64,000 bases of DNA from the NCBI GenBank assembly GCA_037447605.1, contig CM074811.1:2914001-2978000 (forward strand), in the 5' to 3' direction. Both the position numbers and the translations under genes were made by a program. A model generated the notes under the pieces. The model had not been told where the DNA came from. It worked only from the letters and a program-made list of their open reading frames with translations, and did no database searches. The stretch is from Zygnema circumcarinatum SAG 698-1b. Lineage: Eukaryota; Plantae; Zygnematophyceae. Below are positions 36,406-47,800 of the stretch, piece by piece (the stretch's first letter is position 1; every line of letters starts with the position of its first letter).

Positions 36406-39006
36406 GGCAGCCTGCCTCGCTCTCAACTCTTAAGCTGCAAAGCTCCTTAGAACTGCGAACTGCAAACCCTAAATCTCAGCCTGCAAACCATAATCGCCTG
36501 AAAGAGTGCTGCATTGGAGGAACACATATTTCTGTCGCCCGCTGACTTCGAGGTTGCATTTTAGGGCACTGTTTTTGCGCTTTTTAGGTCAACGCATTCT
36601 TGTATGGATTACAGTACGCTCCCGGACGGGCCACTCGCCTCTCCCACTCACAGGCCCTCCCTCCCTCCCCCCTTCCGTACCTCCCTCTCTGTGCTCTCTC
36701 TTCCCCCCCCTTTCTCTTCCTAGCTTTGCCCCTTACCCTCTCTTCCAAAAGGCGCCAACCTTTCTCCGTATCCATCTCCCTGCTTCCTCCCCTTCCTCTT
36801 CTCCTGTTTTCTGCTCATTGCTCCCCTCGCCATGGCCATGGCCAAACAGAGGAGCACGGATAGCGTCGCAGAGAAGTCTCCGCATGGCGCACTAGAATAT
36901 GTGATCCCTCCCTTCTCACGTGTACAGATATGCTGCTGCCTACTTTGGAGTGCTTATAGGTGCTAATGACCTAATCTAAGGTCTATTCATGATCCCATAT
37001 CAAATGAAGTGAAGGTGAAGCATCATCACATGTCAAGTGACTGTCAAGAGATGTTGACGTAATGAGTATGCGCTGCTGAAGCTCCGGGAAGTGTGCTGCC
37101 TGGATCTTTCTTAGGGTTGCAGGAATACCTGGTTCGTGCCTTCTGAACAACTCACTGTTTAGCAGAGCTCTTGCAAAAACAACAATGGTGAGGCTTCGAG
37201 TTGAGTCCAATGCCTAAGAAAAGGTGCATCAGTTTTGAACTACGTTCCTTTTTAGTTCGGCCATAAGCCGCATAAAGGACATGTGTTCCCGGATGTTGCC
37301 CCGCACTCCAGTTCTTGTTGAGAGGGAAGTAATGCAAGTTCACAGGGGTATCAAATGCTTTCAAAATCTTCCGAACATGTTCAAACATTCTTTCAACTAC
37401 TTTGCCTTCTTGTGTCTTTTGAAAGAGATTAGAATAGAACAGAATAGTCTGTGTAGGTGTTTTCATTCAAGGGGCGTGGTCATATGGGTGGCAGGAAAAT
37501 TGCTCAGTTGAGATTCTCAGCTTATGTTATCGTTATCGATTCTGACACTTTATTTTTAGATAACGGTGTTCCAGACTTGGCTTCCCGGTATGGAATCCGA
37601 ATTTGCTTTCAGATTTCATAACGGGAAGCCAAATTTGGAACGCCGTATTCTAAACTTTTCAAGTGCCGTGAAATTAGCACGTTTCAAGAGGCCTACGACG
37701 ACTTTTTTTGATTCCGTCTCAAGACCGAGACAATGCAATCGAGCACCACCCAATTTGCAGGCGCTATTGAAGGGCCGATGTCAGCTAAATTTACAAGTGT
37801 TTAAAGTTTAGATTTCGAGCTTAGGGCTAGAGTTTCGGGTTAGGGTTATCTGTTTGAAAAATAAAGGTTCAAAGTTCAGGATTTTGAGTTACAGTTTAGA
37901 TCTACGGGTGAAGAATAGGGTTTCAGGATAGAGGTTTATGTTTAGGATTAGGTCTTCAGTTTAGGTCTGGTCTTGGCTTAGAATCAAGGACATTCGAAAT
38001 TTAGGGGTTTTCTCGATTGCAAGCTATAGTCGAGCATCTCCAAAAGGCTTCCCTTCTTTCTCCACGTATACATAACAAGGTTAAGGCTTCAAGTTAAGGG
38101 TTAAGATAAGAGAACTCCGGTGGAGGGAAGGAATTCCAATTGATATCGGAGTGAAGGTGTAAGCATTTGGGGAAATGTGAACTTTTATAGTCAAGTTATC
38201 TGCGACTCCCTCGCCGAATATGCGTTTTTCCCCATTAAAAAATACAGCGGCTGCAGCAGTTCAGTGACGAAACAAATCTCTACGTAATAAGTGTTCGCTA
38301 AAAAAGTGAGAGAGAGTGCGACGGAGAGAGAGAGAGGACGTGAAGGGAGAGCAAAGAGAGCGGGAGATATTTAAACAAGATAGTTCTTTTTAGCTGAAGC
38401 CAAAGATGAGGCAATCAAAAGTAAGGTGAATGTAGACTCGCAGAGCTGAGAGACGTGGTCAAAAGAATAGTCATTCAAGGAAAAAGGTCTCATATTTATA
38501 AAAATAAATAAGCATCTTGATTCTTTTCTCGTCAAAGGAGCTTTTTCTTTTCGAGAGAGAGAATTCTGTTCATCAACTTTTTTTATGAAAGATAAAAAAA
38601 ACTATTCTTTCCAACTAGTGGAGAAACCTAGTCAAGAAACTAAGAAACCTAGTCAAGAAACTGAGCAGCAAATTCCCAGCCAGCCAACTGACCGAACTAT
38701 TTGATTGCCGCCACCGAATATTAGCGGCGCTCTACCCTTAGGCCATGCTTGAACCGCTGCTTTACAGAAAAATTTGAGCCCGTTTGTGAAGGCATTCTCT
38801 CTCTCTTCTCTCTCTCTCTCCGAGCGGATTCGGGCAGGCCGATATTTTTTTCTCTAAAAAAAAGAAATTCAGAAGGGGGTGGATATCCAAAATGGAGGGA
38901 GGGTATCATTTACCTTTCCGTTTAAATTCTGTGTCTATTTTAAAATCTGCCCGACGAAAAAAGAAGTGTATCGATCCAAAAAGGAGTGGATTTGTAAGTT
39001 TCCAAA

Positions 39007-39030
39007 CTCGCCATCGTGAGTTCAATGCCA
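39007..39030 (+). mobile_element. Isolated 3'-end motif of the CRE-like retroelement family
   Basis: CTCGCCATCGTGAGTTCAATG is the same motif as at 40157-40177 and, reverse-complemented and slightly divergent, near 53330-53350. Confidence 0.5.
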
Positions 39031-39654
39031 TTTTCCTCGTCCAACTCTAAATACACGGGGAAAGTAATTACTCCAGTCGTTTGCCGCCACGTGGCTGTAA
39101 CAAGATTCGTCTAGGTGCCACGCTGGCGATGCGGGTGCCACGCTGGCGCGCAGCCACCGACCCGCCGTCATCGCCGGTCGTGGTCGCAACTAGCAGCAGA
39201 TTGCTGGCGACAGCGTCGGGCCACGTGGCGAGCGCTGATTGGTGTCCACACACTATCCGACGTGGCGCGTTCCACGGACGTTCATGGAGCCTCGGCCTCG
39301 GACGGATGAACGGAACGTGACAACTGTCACGTCCAGCCTTGAGTATGGTACAAGACACCCCTAAACCGCGAGGACCTCAGGGCGGGCCCATGGTGTTGTT
39401 GTTGCTGAACATGAACCATATGTTATTGAGCATGGGCCTATGTTGTTGTTCAACATGAAACCTACATTGTTGTTGAACATGAACATACTGCTCCAGTGTA
39501 AATCTCTTTAGATTGGCGCGCTATTGGAATGGAAACCAAAATACGTAGAGGCGAGCATAACATGGGTGTAACAAAAGGGTGTATACTGTACTCGTAAAAC
39601 CAACCAACAGAGATCAACAGAGATAAGCGAGAAAAAAGTGTTGGTGGGTGCGAC

Positions 39655-40354
39655 TATAGCTCCGTTTTATACACTTTGAGGTTCGATACAGTGTATAATA
39701 CAGTATTAATACTGTATTATACACTGTATAATACCTTAACGCAACTGTTAACAGCCGTACAATCGGAACATAGATACGTACGGAAATTATGTACGGAAGG
39801 GGTGTACCAACATGTACGGACCAAGTCACACGTGTTGAGTGTTTGGCAAGTGACGTGACTTGGCAAGTGCTGGAGACAGCGTATTTCCGTCGCCCTTCAG
39901 CGTTGCCTCGCTTCTACGCTTCTTCGGCGTGCTGCGATTGTTGGTGATCGTGTTGGTGGACTTCCGCCGCTCCCTCCTCGCGACGTGCCTCACATCGGTG
40001 ACCTTCGCGGCTGCTTCTAGGGCTGCGTTGTTGTGCCTAGGCGTAGTTTTCCGCTCCTAGCTTCGTTTTATTGTGTTTCGGTCCTTTGTGACCAGTCCTT
40101 CGTGGTTCCACATTTTGCCTTTGTCCATGTACAAAGGCCATCGTGACGGCAAAGGCCTCGCCATCGTGAGTTCAATGAAAGTTTTATACTTCTTCGCTGG
40201 AATTTCAATATTATAATCAATCTTTGTTCAACTAAGCACGAAAATAAAAAAAATACGTTAAATACATTAAAAATATACTGTATTTTAAAAAGTTGTATAA
40301 TACATCGTATTATACAGTGTATTAATCCACGCGGTTCATACATACGGAGCTATA
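39655..40354. mobile_element. 700-bp non-autonomous TIR DNA transposon (hAT-like by its 8-bp TSD) inserted at the 3' end of a 5S rRNA gene
   Basis: Perfect 11-bp TIRs TATAGCTCCGT (39655-39665) and ACGGAGCTATA (40344-40354). Both are flanked by the direct repeat GGTGCGAC (39647-39654 and 40355-40362). Subterminal AT-rich hairpins are related to each other. Confidence 0.85.
39874..40177 (+). mobile_element. 5'-truncated 3' end of an RLE-type (CRE-like) non-LTR retrotransposon, nested in the TIR element
   Basis: Translates RQRISVALQRCLASTLLRRAAIVGDRVGGLPPLPPRDVPHIGDLRGCF* (stop 40018-40020), homologous to the end of ORF 53472-53990. It is followed by the same 3' UTR ending GCCATCGTGAGTTCAATG. 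Confidence 0.8.
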
Positions 40355-40470
40355 GGTGCGACACCGGGACTTCCCGGGAGGTCACCCATCCCAGCACTAT
40401 TCCGGCCCACAGGCGCTTAGCTGCGGAGTTCTGATGGGATTCGGCGTAGCAGCCCAGGTATGATCGCACC
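40355..40470 (-). rRNA. 5S rRNA gene, solitary copy, 116 nt
   Basis: Minus strand GGTGCGATCATACCTGGGCTGCTACGCCGAATCCCATCAGAACTCCGCAGCTAAGCGCCTGTGGGCCGGAATAGTGCTGGGATGGGTGACCTCCCGGGAAGTCCCGGTGTCGCACC. Helix I pairs (GGTGCGAT/GTCGCACC), and the A-box/C-box regions are like plant 5S. Confidence 0.92.
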
Positions 40471-40530
40471 ACGATCACGTAATTTAATTTATATGTACTG
40501 TTTTAATTATCTATTACTTCATAAAGACTA

Positions 40531-41494
40531 CACAGATCGGACCATTAGACAAACCAGTTGACTGGTTGGCAACCAGTGGTTGCGGACCGAAACAACCATT
40601 CGACTGGTTGCCAACCAGTGGATGCCACTGGTTGGCAACCATTCGACTGGTTTGGAACCAGTGGATGCCACTGGTTGGCAACCAGTCGAATGGTTGCCAA
40701 CCAGTGCCGCCGGATCGAAACAACCATTCGACTGGTTTGGAACCAGTGGATGCCACTGGTTGGCAACCAGTCGACTGGTTTGGAACCAGTGGATGCCACT
40801 GGTTGGCAACCAGTCGACTGGTTGCCAACCAGTGGCATCCACTGGTTGGAAACCAGTCGACTGGTTGAAACAACCACCTGGTGGCATCCACTGGTTGGAA
40901 ACCAGTCGACTGGTTGCGAACCAGTGGCGCAGGACTGAAACAACCATTCGACTGGTTCGGAACCTGTGATCCAATGGTTGGCAACCATTGAATTTCTGAA
41001 ATTATGCCTTTTTGCAAAAATGGGTCGTTTGTGTTTTTTGGTTGGTTGCCAACCGTTGACAACTCGTGTAACAAGCCTGATGCGTACAGATGCGTACGGA
41101 TTTGTACAGACGAATCGTACGGTTGTACGGGGATTCTGTACGGCCGAGCCGTAATAGTTTTCTCCGAAACGCCGACGGCATTTTGGTAACTGTAGCGTTC
41201 AGTTCGCTACAACTAGTGATTTAATGGTTGCCAAACATCATCCCCCCTGTTGCCAACCATTTGATTTAATGGATATAACCATTCGACTGGTTGCCAACCA
41301 GTGCCGCCAGATCGAAACAACCATTCGACTGGTTGCCAACCAGTGGCATCCACTGGTTCCAAACCAGTCGACTGGTTGCCAACCAGTGGCATCCACTGGT
41401 TCCAAACCAGTCGACTGATTGCCAACCAGTAGACGTCCAACCATTGCCATCCAATGGTTGTCCAATGGTTGCCGATCCACTGGTCCGAACTGTT
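40531..41494. mobile_element. ~960-bp foldback/MITE-like element built of two arrays of palindromic modules around a spacer
   Basis: Arrays (~40550-40990 and ~41225-41485) of AACCAGTCGACTGGTT and AACCAGTGG(ATG/CAT)CCACTGGTT. Imperfect terminal inverted repeats ACAGATCGGACCA (40532-40544) / TGGTCCGAACTGT (41481-41493). No clear TSD. Confidence 0.6.
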
Positions 41495-41540
41495 TTAGAC
41501 TTTGTTTCAATCCCATCCTCTATTTAGAGGTGCCCTCATC

Positions 41541-41829
41541 CTCGCTTCTGTGCTCCTTCGGCGTGAAGCCGCGGTTGGTTGTTGGTGGCCGTGTCGGTGG
41601 CCTTCCCTCCCTCCCTCCATCCCTCTCTCCGCGAGATGTGCCGCACATCGGCGACCTTGACAACAGCTCCGAGGGTGGGCTGCGATGTGGAGCCTAGGCG
41701 TAGCTTTTCTCTCCTAGCTTTTTTCCATTGTGCTTATGACCAGTTCGTCATGGTTCCCCATGTTGATTTAGTCCATGTACATTTAATGGCATCGCCATCG
41801 TGAGATCAATGCCACATCCTTTGCGTTCA
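41541..41829 (+). mobile_element. Second degenerate 3' fragment of the CRE-like RLE retroelement; a further end motif at ~41911-41932
   Basis: CTCGCTTCTGTGCTCCTTCGGCGTG...CACATCGGCGACCTT...CCTAGGCGTAG...CCATGTAC...GCCATCGTGAGATCAATG is collinear with 39874-40177. Confidence 0.7.
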
Positions 41830-43066
41830 CTAGTTCTTCCATAGCATAGGCTATGTGTGACTGCCTCCCATGCCCTGCCCTTGCCGATGTCGATGTGCCA
41901 TGTCATGGTATCGCCATTGTGAGATCAATGCCCATTTTCACCCCTGGATAATGTCGGAACATAACACACCGAACGGCTGCAGTGACTTGCCACTCACTTT
42001 CTGAGGCAGCCTCAAGATCATGGCCCATTAACAGCGGCACCATTGTCTAACAAGAACGATCATTCACTTCAGTAAGCATGGCTTTGTAAAAACGAAAAAG
42101 GCAGGCTGAGTTCTCAACATTCGTCAACCCAAGCGGCTGGTTCTGTCTCCCCATGTCTCAAGTGCTAAGGGTGCTCTTCTGCCGTGAGGTCAGCCTGGTA
42201 TACCACTGCAGTAAACCGATTCCTACTGCAAAAGGTTCAAAAGGGAACCACGTGGACGAAGGACTCGAGCAAAGACAATGCGAGACCTGCGACTGCATCC
42301 ATGCTTCCTTGGATGTCTACATCATGCTACAAAAAACCGGAGTCAATCAGTGCTATAAAACCTGTTATTTCTCAGAGCACTAAACAAGAAAGCTTCCGAA
42401 GCCGAGATGTCGCTTATTTCGCTTCTGTTTCTACGCCTAGCGCGAGCTATATCTCGGATAAAACTGCAACAAAAAAGGGGAAAGTGATTCTGCAGGCGCA
42501 AGAGCAACGCTAAAATGATGGCAGACACCAACATCCCTCAAGTCTCAAATGTATCGAAGGGAATATACGGTCACAGAATAAATTTTCCATAACAAAAAAT
42601 CTGCACTTTTGGGGTTTCCTGAATGCTCTTGACGTTGAACGACTGGTTCAAAAAGCACGCGCTATTCTTCATGCGTGGCTTCTATGCCTGTGATCACATT
42701 CAGGGTCACGAACTGCCCTCCGCGTCCTGCATTTAATAGAAAAATAAGGAAGGAGATGAAAATGCAAGCAAGCAAAAATTCCATCAGTCAACACGAAGCA
42801 ACAGGTTTCAGAACGCTGGACATCAAATGTCAAGAATCAGCACAGATACAAGCGAGGTATCAAGCAGTGCAACGTAAAGGTTGTGGTGGAGTCTCCATAT
42901 CTAGAACCAAAGGTGACGACGCTTCAATGATGCAGATAATTCTACAAGCTGACCGAAACGCCTGACGTTGTGATAATGTCATAAACAAAGGAGTAAATTG
43001 ATGCAAGCACAGTATGCAGCACACTGGAAAGTAGGCACTCGGTCTCCCATGAAGAAAGAGCCGCAC

Positions 43067-43696
43067 CTTTGACTCTATCCCAGCTGCTGCAACGAAGCTC
43101 TTCCCAATGTCTGATGTTAGAGAACCAGCTAACTTTTCCAGTCTCTCAAGTCGCTCTTCAATCGTGATCTTGTAGCCTTCGGCCTGTGCTTGACATGAGC
43201 CAGAACAAGAAAACATCCTTCCCTTGTTTAATTGTTGGCTGAGTAGCATCCACCAAGTTCACTGTCACTTGGAAAACAATGTAAGCAGGCAAGAACAAGT
43301 CAATGCAGGAAAGCGTCAGAGGACTAAAAAAGGAGAACTGAAAATATCAACAGACATCTATCCACCGGCAGCTTTTGATCGTGCAGCGCAGCCCTCCAGA
43401 CTTATTGGAAAATGCAAAAGGCACCCCTCCCTCAGAAACAGCACCTCGTATCCTTCCTGGCTAAGATACAGTAAGCATCAAAGAGCCACCGGTTAATCAA
43501 AACCAGAGAGGCAGCACGCCTTTATCCCTTCTATGTCCCTTCATTTATCTTGCGCTCCAATAAAACCATTATGCACCTGCTCTGTGAGCACCCTATGGCT
43601 TGCCCACAGGTCCCGCTGCAATAGCACCAACGCTCCCGCAGAAGCCACTGCGAAACCCGCCAAGAAGGCGCTCATGCGCGCTCTGAATAGCGCCAT
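43067..43696 (-). CDS. Small single-TM + coiled-coil protein, exons 43696-43577 and 43183-43067; 3' exon not resolved
   Basis: MALFRARMSAFLAGFAVASAGALVLLQRDLWASHRVLTEQ|AEGYKITIEERLERLEKL..., phase-0 GT-AG. It resembles short conserved plant proteins of the type LR.RL.SF..G...AS..G...L.KDY..AH..ISQQ (from memory). Confidence 0.65.
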
Positions 43697-44855
43697 GGCG
43701 GTTCTCCAACCCTTGCAAGCAGGCGAGAGCGACAGAGGCTCTGAGAGAAGGAGAGGAAAGAGGAAGGGAGGGAGAGAGAAGGGGAGCACTGGATCCGGGG
43801 ATCATCCGATCAGTGGAACAAAAAAAAAAAAAAGCAAACCCCAACCCACAAATCACGGAATATCAACTATGTGGACTCGAGAACTGATTGCTGAGTCGGA
43901 TCCGTTGAGAGCACGTGGCAAAGTAAGGTCCAATCAGGGCTTGCCGCGTCGGCAAGAGTACATACGTGGCAGCCTGGGCCTTCCTTAGATGTTGTGGTTT
44001 AACAGAGAACATGGGCGCATGGTTCACGGTGTTGTGCATGGATGATGGGTACAACATTTTGGGCCTAAAGAGAGCTTGCATTCGCTCAATTCCTTCAAAA
44101 TGCCCACAAGGAGGAACTTGCAACAAATCAAAAAACAGTCAAAGTCACAACAACCTTCATAACAAGAATAAATCTAAGCGATTGAGGGAGTCCAATGTTA
44201 AAAACAATTTCAAATATTTCCCAATTGGATATAAATTAACGAGCCTTAGGAGCACACCAGAGTCCCCATGTACTGTAAACCCTTCAGCACTTCAGTCAGC
44301 CTCCTGGTGGTGGCTACATGTGCTTCCACTGAGCTCTAGTTTCCGAACAAAAACTGAAGAGCCCAGAAGGGCATGTCACCGGGCCTGTTTGCTCAGAGTT
44401 AGGAGCACCAGGAACTGGCTCTGTCGCATCATCTTGATGGCTTGGGAGGTGGGAGGACCCTGCAGTTTCTGCACCGCCCACATGAACCAAACTGCTTTAA
44501 ACCAACATCAAAGGTAACTTCCAGTAGGAAGTTGCAAGTTTTAATGGCAAAGAGAGGGCCTCCAAATGCACGAATAGTATTGCAATCAAACGCAGCATTT
44601 CAGCCCTAGATCTGAACACAAGCTTGCATGCACTTGTAAATGCATGAGATTGAAATCGACACAGAAGAGAGGTGAGAGCGAGGAAGGGGAGGGGGATGAG
44701 GGGGGGGGAAGAGGAAGAGGGGAGAGCGTGGTGGGAGAGAGGGAGGGGGGGAGAAAGAGATGGACGAGAAGGAAGGCCAGCAGAGAGGGGAGAGAAAGAG
44801 AGGGAGAGGCAGAGAGAGAAAATGAGAGGGAGCTTGTACAAAGTACAGAGCCTAC

Positions 44856-47800
44856 CTGCTCCAGGGAAACGCGAGTTAAGTCAAACCCCTCTTCAAGGGC
44901 TAACCTCACCGTCTGTAAATGCCATCCCTCCAACCGAGAGAAGCTTCAATCAATTCATCCGCCTTAAGTTCTTGCTTTCTTAAAAAGGGGGGACTCAGGG
45001 AGGGATGCAGGGAAGACGGGAGGGGGCATAGGGGGGAGCTCTCTTCCTACTCAAATGTCTCCGAACACACACACCCTCACCTTTCAAACAGAAAAAAATT
45101 ACCAAAACATCGACATCTAAAACTCCATCCGGAAAAACGAAGAAATTAGACGAATGCAAGAATCATCACTCCTCACATCCATACTCTACACATCAATCAG
45201 CCTTCAAAGTTCAAACGATGCAACTGAGTTCACGAGTAGAGCTTAGCACAGGTTTCCAATCTCAGAGCCAACAAGACACCACTCTGTTCTGCCCACTCCG
45301 TACCCCTCTGCAGTAATCCCTATCTTGACATCACTCTCTTCTGTTCCTCTCCTTTACCTGCACTACAAAGCCATCCATGGGGTCCTTGGGCCCCGCTCCC
45401 TCCAATGCATCTGGAGCAGAGGGAGATATTCCTCTCTTCATACTGTCAACCTGACAATCGCAACGCCACAAAAGTTATCGGATGCGGGAAGATGGCAGGA
45501 CGATACCTACTTTTCATTCAGGAACTGAAGCATTAGGGCTCTTCTTGTGGGGTGTGGAAATTCAAAATGTGCGCTCTTTGTTTAGAGATCATTCATAGCA
45601 ACACGCGCGATAAGATTTGCTAGTCAAAGGAGTGCAGAATGGAACGGGGATGCAAAATAAGAAGAGTTCAGCTCACCAAATGAAGAGTGGTGTAAACCAA
45701 ACGTATCCATGACATGCGAACTCTGCTCTCCTGCAATCGTGGAGCCCTAATTGCCCATAAACTCAAAGAATTCCAGAAACTTCCTGGCAGCACTACCCGT
45801 CCTTGCCAGCTATTTAAAAGTTACTTGGAAAAATTGATCTTATAATATAAAATATATCTGCGACTAGCATTATCTGCATTAGAATATGCTACAAGAATTG
45901 AGCCTCAGTTGAACCGCGTCCTTGAACTTAGCATCAATAAAAAAAAAGACATTTCCATCAAACCGATGTAGATGTGGCCCTCGGTGATGAAGAAGCTATC
46001 ATTCAGAGCTACTCACTTTTGGAGCAATGCTGCAAGAAACTATTCGCCGAATCCCTGCAAAGAAAAGGCAAACGTACCTCTGCAAGAAAAGGATTTGGCT
46101 CTCGTCCAATTGACCTTATTGAAAACTCCGACGGAAGAGAGCCCTCGGCCAGTATCAGCAGCAACTGCACTTGCGGCAAATCAATGCCTTCCATTCTCGC
46201 CTCCATACACGCATCGACAAAATCCTCCATAGCAAGCTGCAATTTTTTTGGAAAAGGTTTCCCAAGCGGCTCAAGCGAAAAATCAATTGCCAGTAAGCTT
46301 GCCTTTTGGTCCTCAAAGACCCAACAAAGTCAATGCAGCCCGAGAATAGCTGTGCAGACTTGCTGCTGTAAATGTGGCTGCTCCAAGCAATTCGGGTTCC
46401 GGGATATGAGGATCTCCTTTGAACTTTGGATCAACATGTGATGATGTTAATGAACGCTAAGAAGGCATTTGACCGATGGTTCATTAAGACTTTTTTGCAG
46501 CAAAACCTTGGTTACGGATACGGACTATCTTTCTTCATGCAAGAGCTTTTCTTATTGAGAAGGAGGAGGCATCACCTCAAATGGCTTTCCCAATCCTTCA
46601 ACCCTCGCTTGAACAAATGCCTGTTGAAGTCGAAATGCTAACTTATGAGTTCGCCGTTCCGGCAACTCTCCTTCTTCTTCAACCACGTTTGCTGCACCAT
46701 GACAGAACTTGACATAGAAAATGTACAACGCATTTCAGATGACTTGTAAAGGACTAGCCACGCAGTGTGGCTATAAAGCTGCGAATGAGGGCAGCTTCAA
46801 TGATTGCATCTATTAAGTGAGAGCTTCAATTAGATACTCGCAGAGCTGAAAAGTGTGTACATGCTTACAATAGCAAACAATCAGCCAATTCGGAATGCAT
46901 CACAATACACAGTCTACACTACAGCATCCTTTTGATAAATAAGACATTGACATAACCAAGCATAGTTTGGAGCTTTACAATCTTTCAAGAAAACAGGGAA
47001 ATCTCATCTGCTTTTCACCTGAGAAACCTTTAAGACACTTACTCGGATTCCTCAAGGGGCTGGATGACATGCTGGCTGTTATGTTTGTTGCTTTTTCTTC
47101 CAACGACGGAACATCCAGCTCTCCTGAATCTTGAATGGCTTCAGCCACAGCTTGCACAGTCTGAGATACCTCATTAAGAGTCGCAGAAAGACGAGACAAC
47201 GCTTGAGCTAATGTCCTCAAGCCCTTCTTTAGCTTCTCATTCTCAAGCTGAGAACCAGTAGAGCCATTGCTCGATGATGATTCTGAGCTTAAACTCGAAG
47301 CAGAAGTTGAAGGATCAGTAGGGAGTCGTTGGGCCCCTGTTACTGGTTTGAGAGAGGCAGAGATTTTTTCTGAAATTTGTTTTTGCTCTACTTCCGGATG
47401 AACGATTTGGCCTGTAACATTTCGTTCCTCGTCAGAACCACTTCGTTTTTGAGTAAATCCTTGCGTTGTGTTAGAATTCTCCTGGCCTCCAGTAGATTGC
47501 AATCCGCCAGCTGTAGGTTCATGAATTCCAGAGCCATCCAGAGGCTCTTTTTCGTTTGAACTGCTTCCAGATGCCTCAGCTCTCACTACTCCTGACCACT
47601 TCACATTCAACCTTTTGCACAACCGAGCAGTAACGACAGTAAAACCAACAAACGGCAATGACTCGCTTAAATTTCTGCTTGCTATTCTGCAATTGTTTCC
47701 AGTAACTTCTATAACTCTGCAGGGTAAACGCGCTGTTATGAAAGGAGAATGTGAGTGAAAGTTCGGCTGAATTGGTGAGCATGGCGGCATAGAGCCTGCA

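Noticed and set aside
36830-37500. Possible plus-strand gene head-to-head with the methyltransferase (ATG ~36830; exon-like segments) or minus ORFs 36983-37466
   Set aside because: I could not assemble a phase-consistent model or recognise any motif.
38069-38104. AAGGG|TTAA as a piggyBac right end
   Set aside because: No matching TTAA|CCCT left end found; it fits the local degenerate telomere-like sequence.
39395-39490. Degenerate TGTTGTTG(A)ACATG tandem repeat
   Set aside because: Short, low-complexity and without further structure.
40514-41516. Overlapping repetitive ORFs in all six frames, and a possible CRISPR-like array
   Set aside because: Open frames result from stop-free palindromic repeats. 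There are no unique spacers, no cas genes and the context is eukaryotic.
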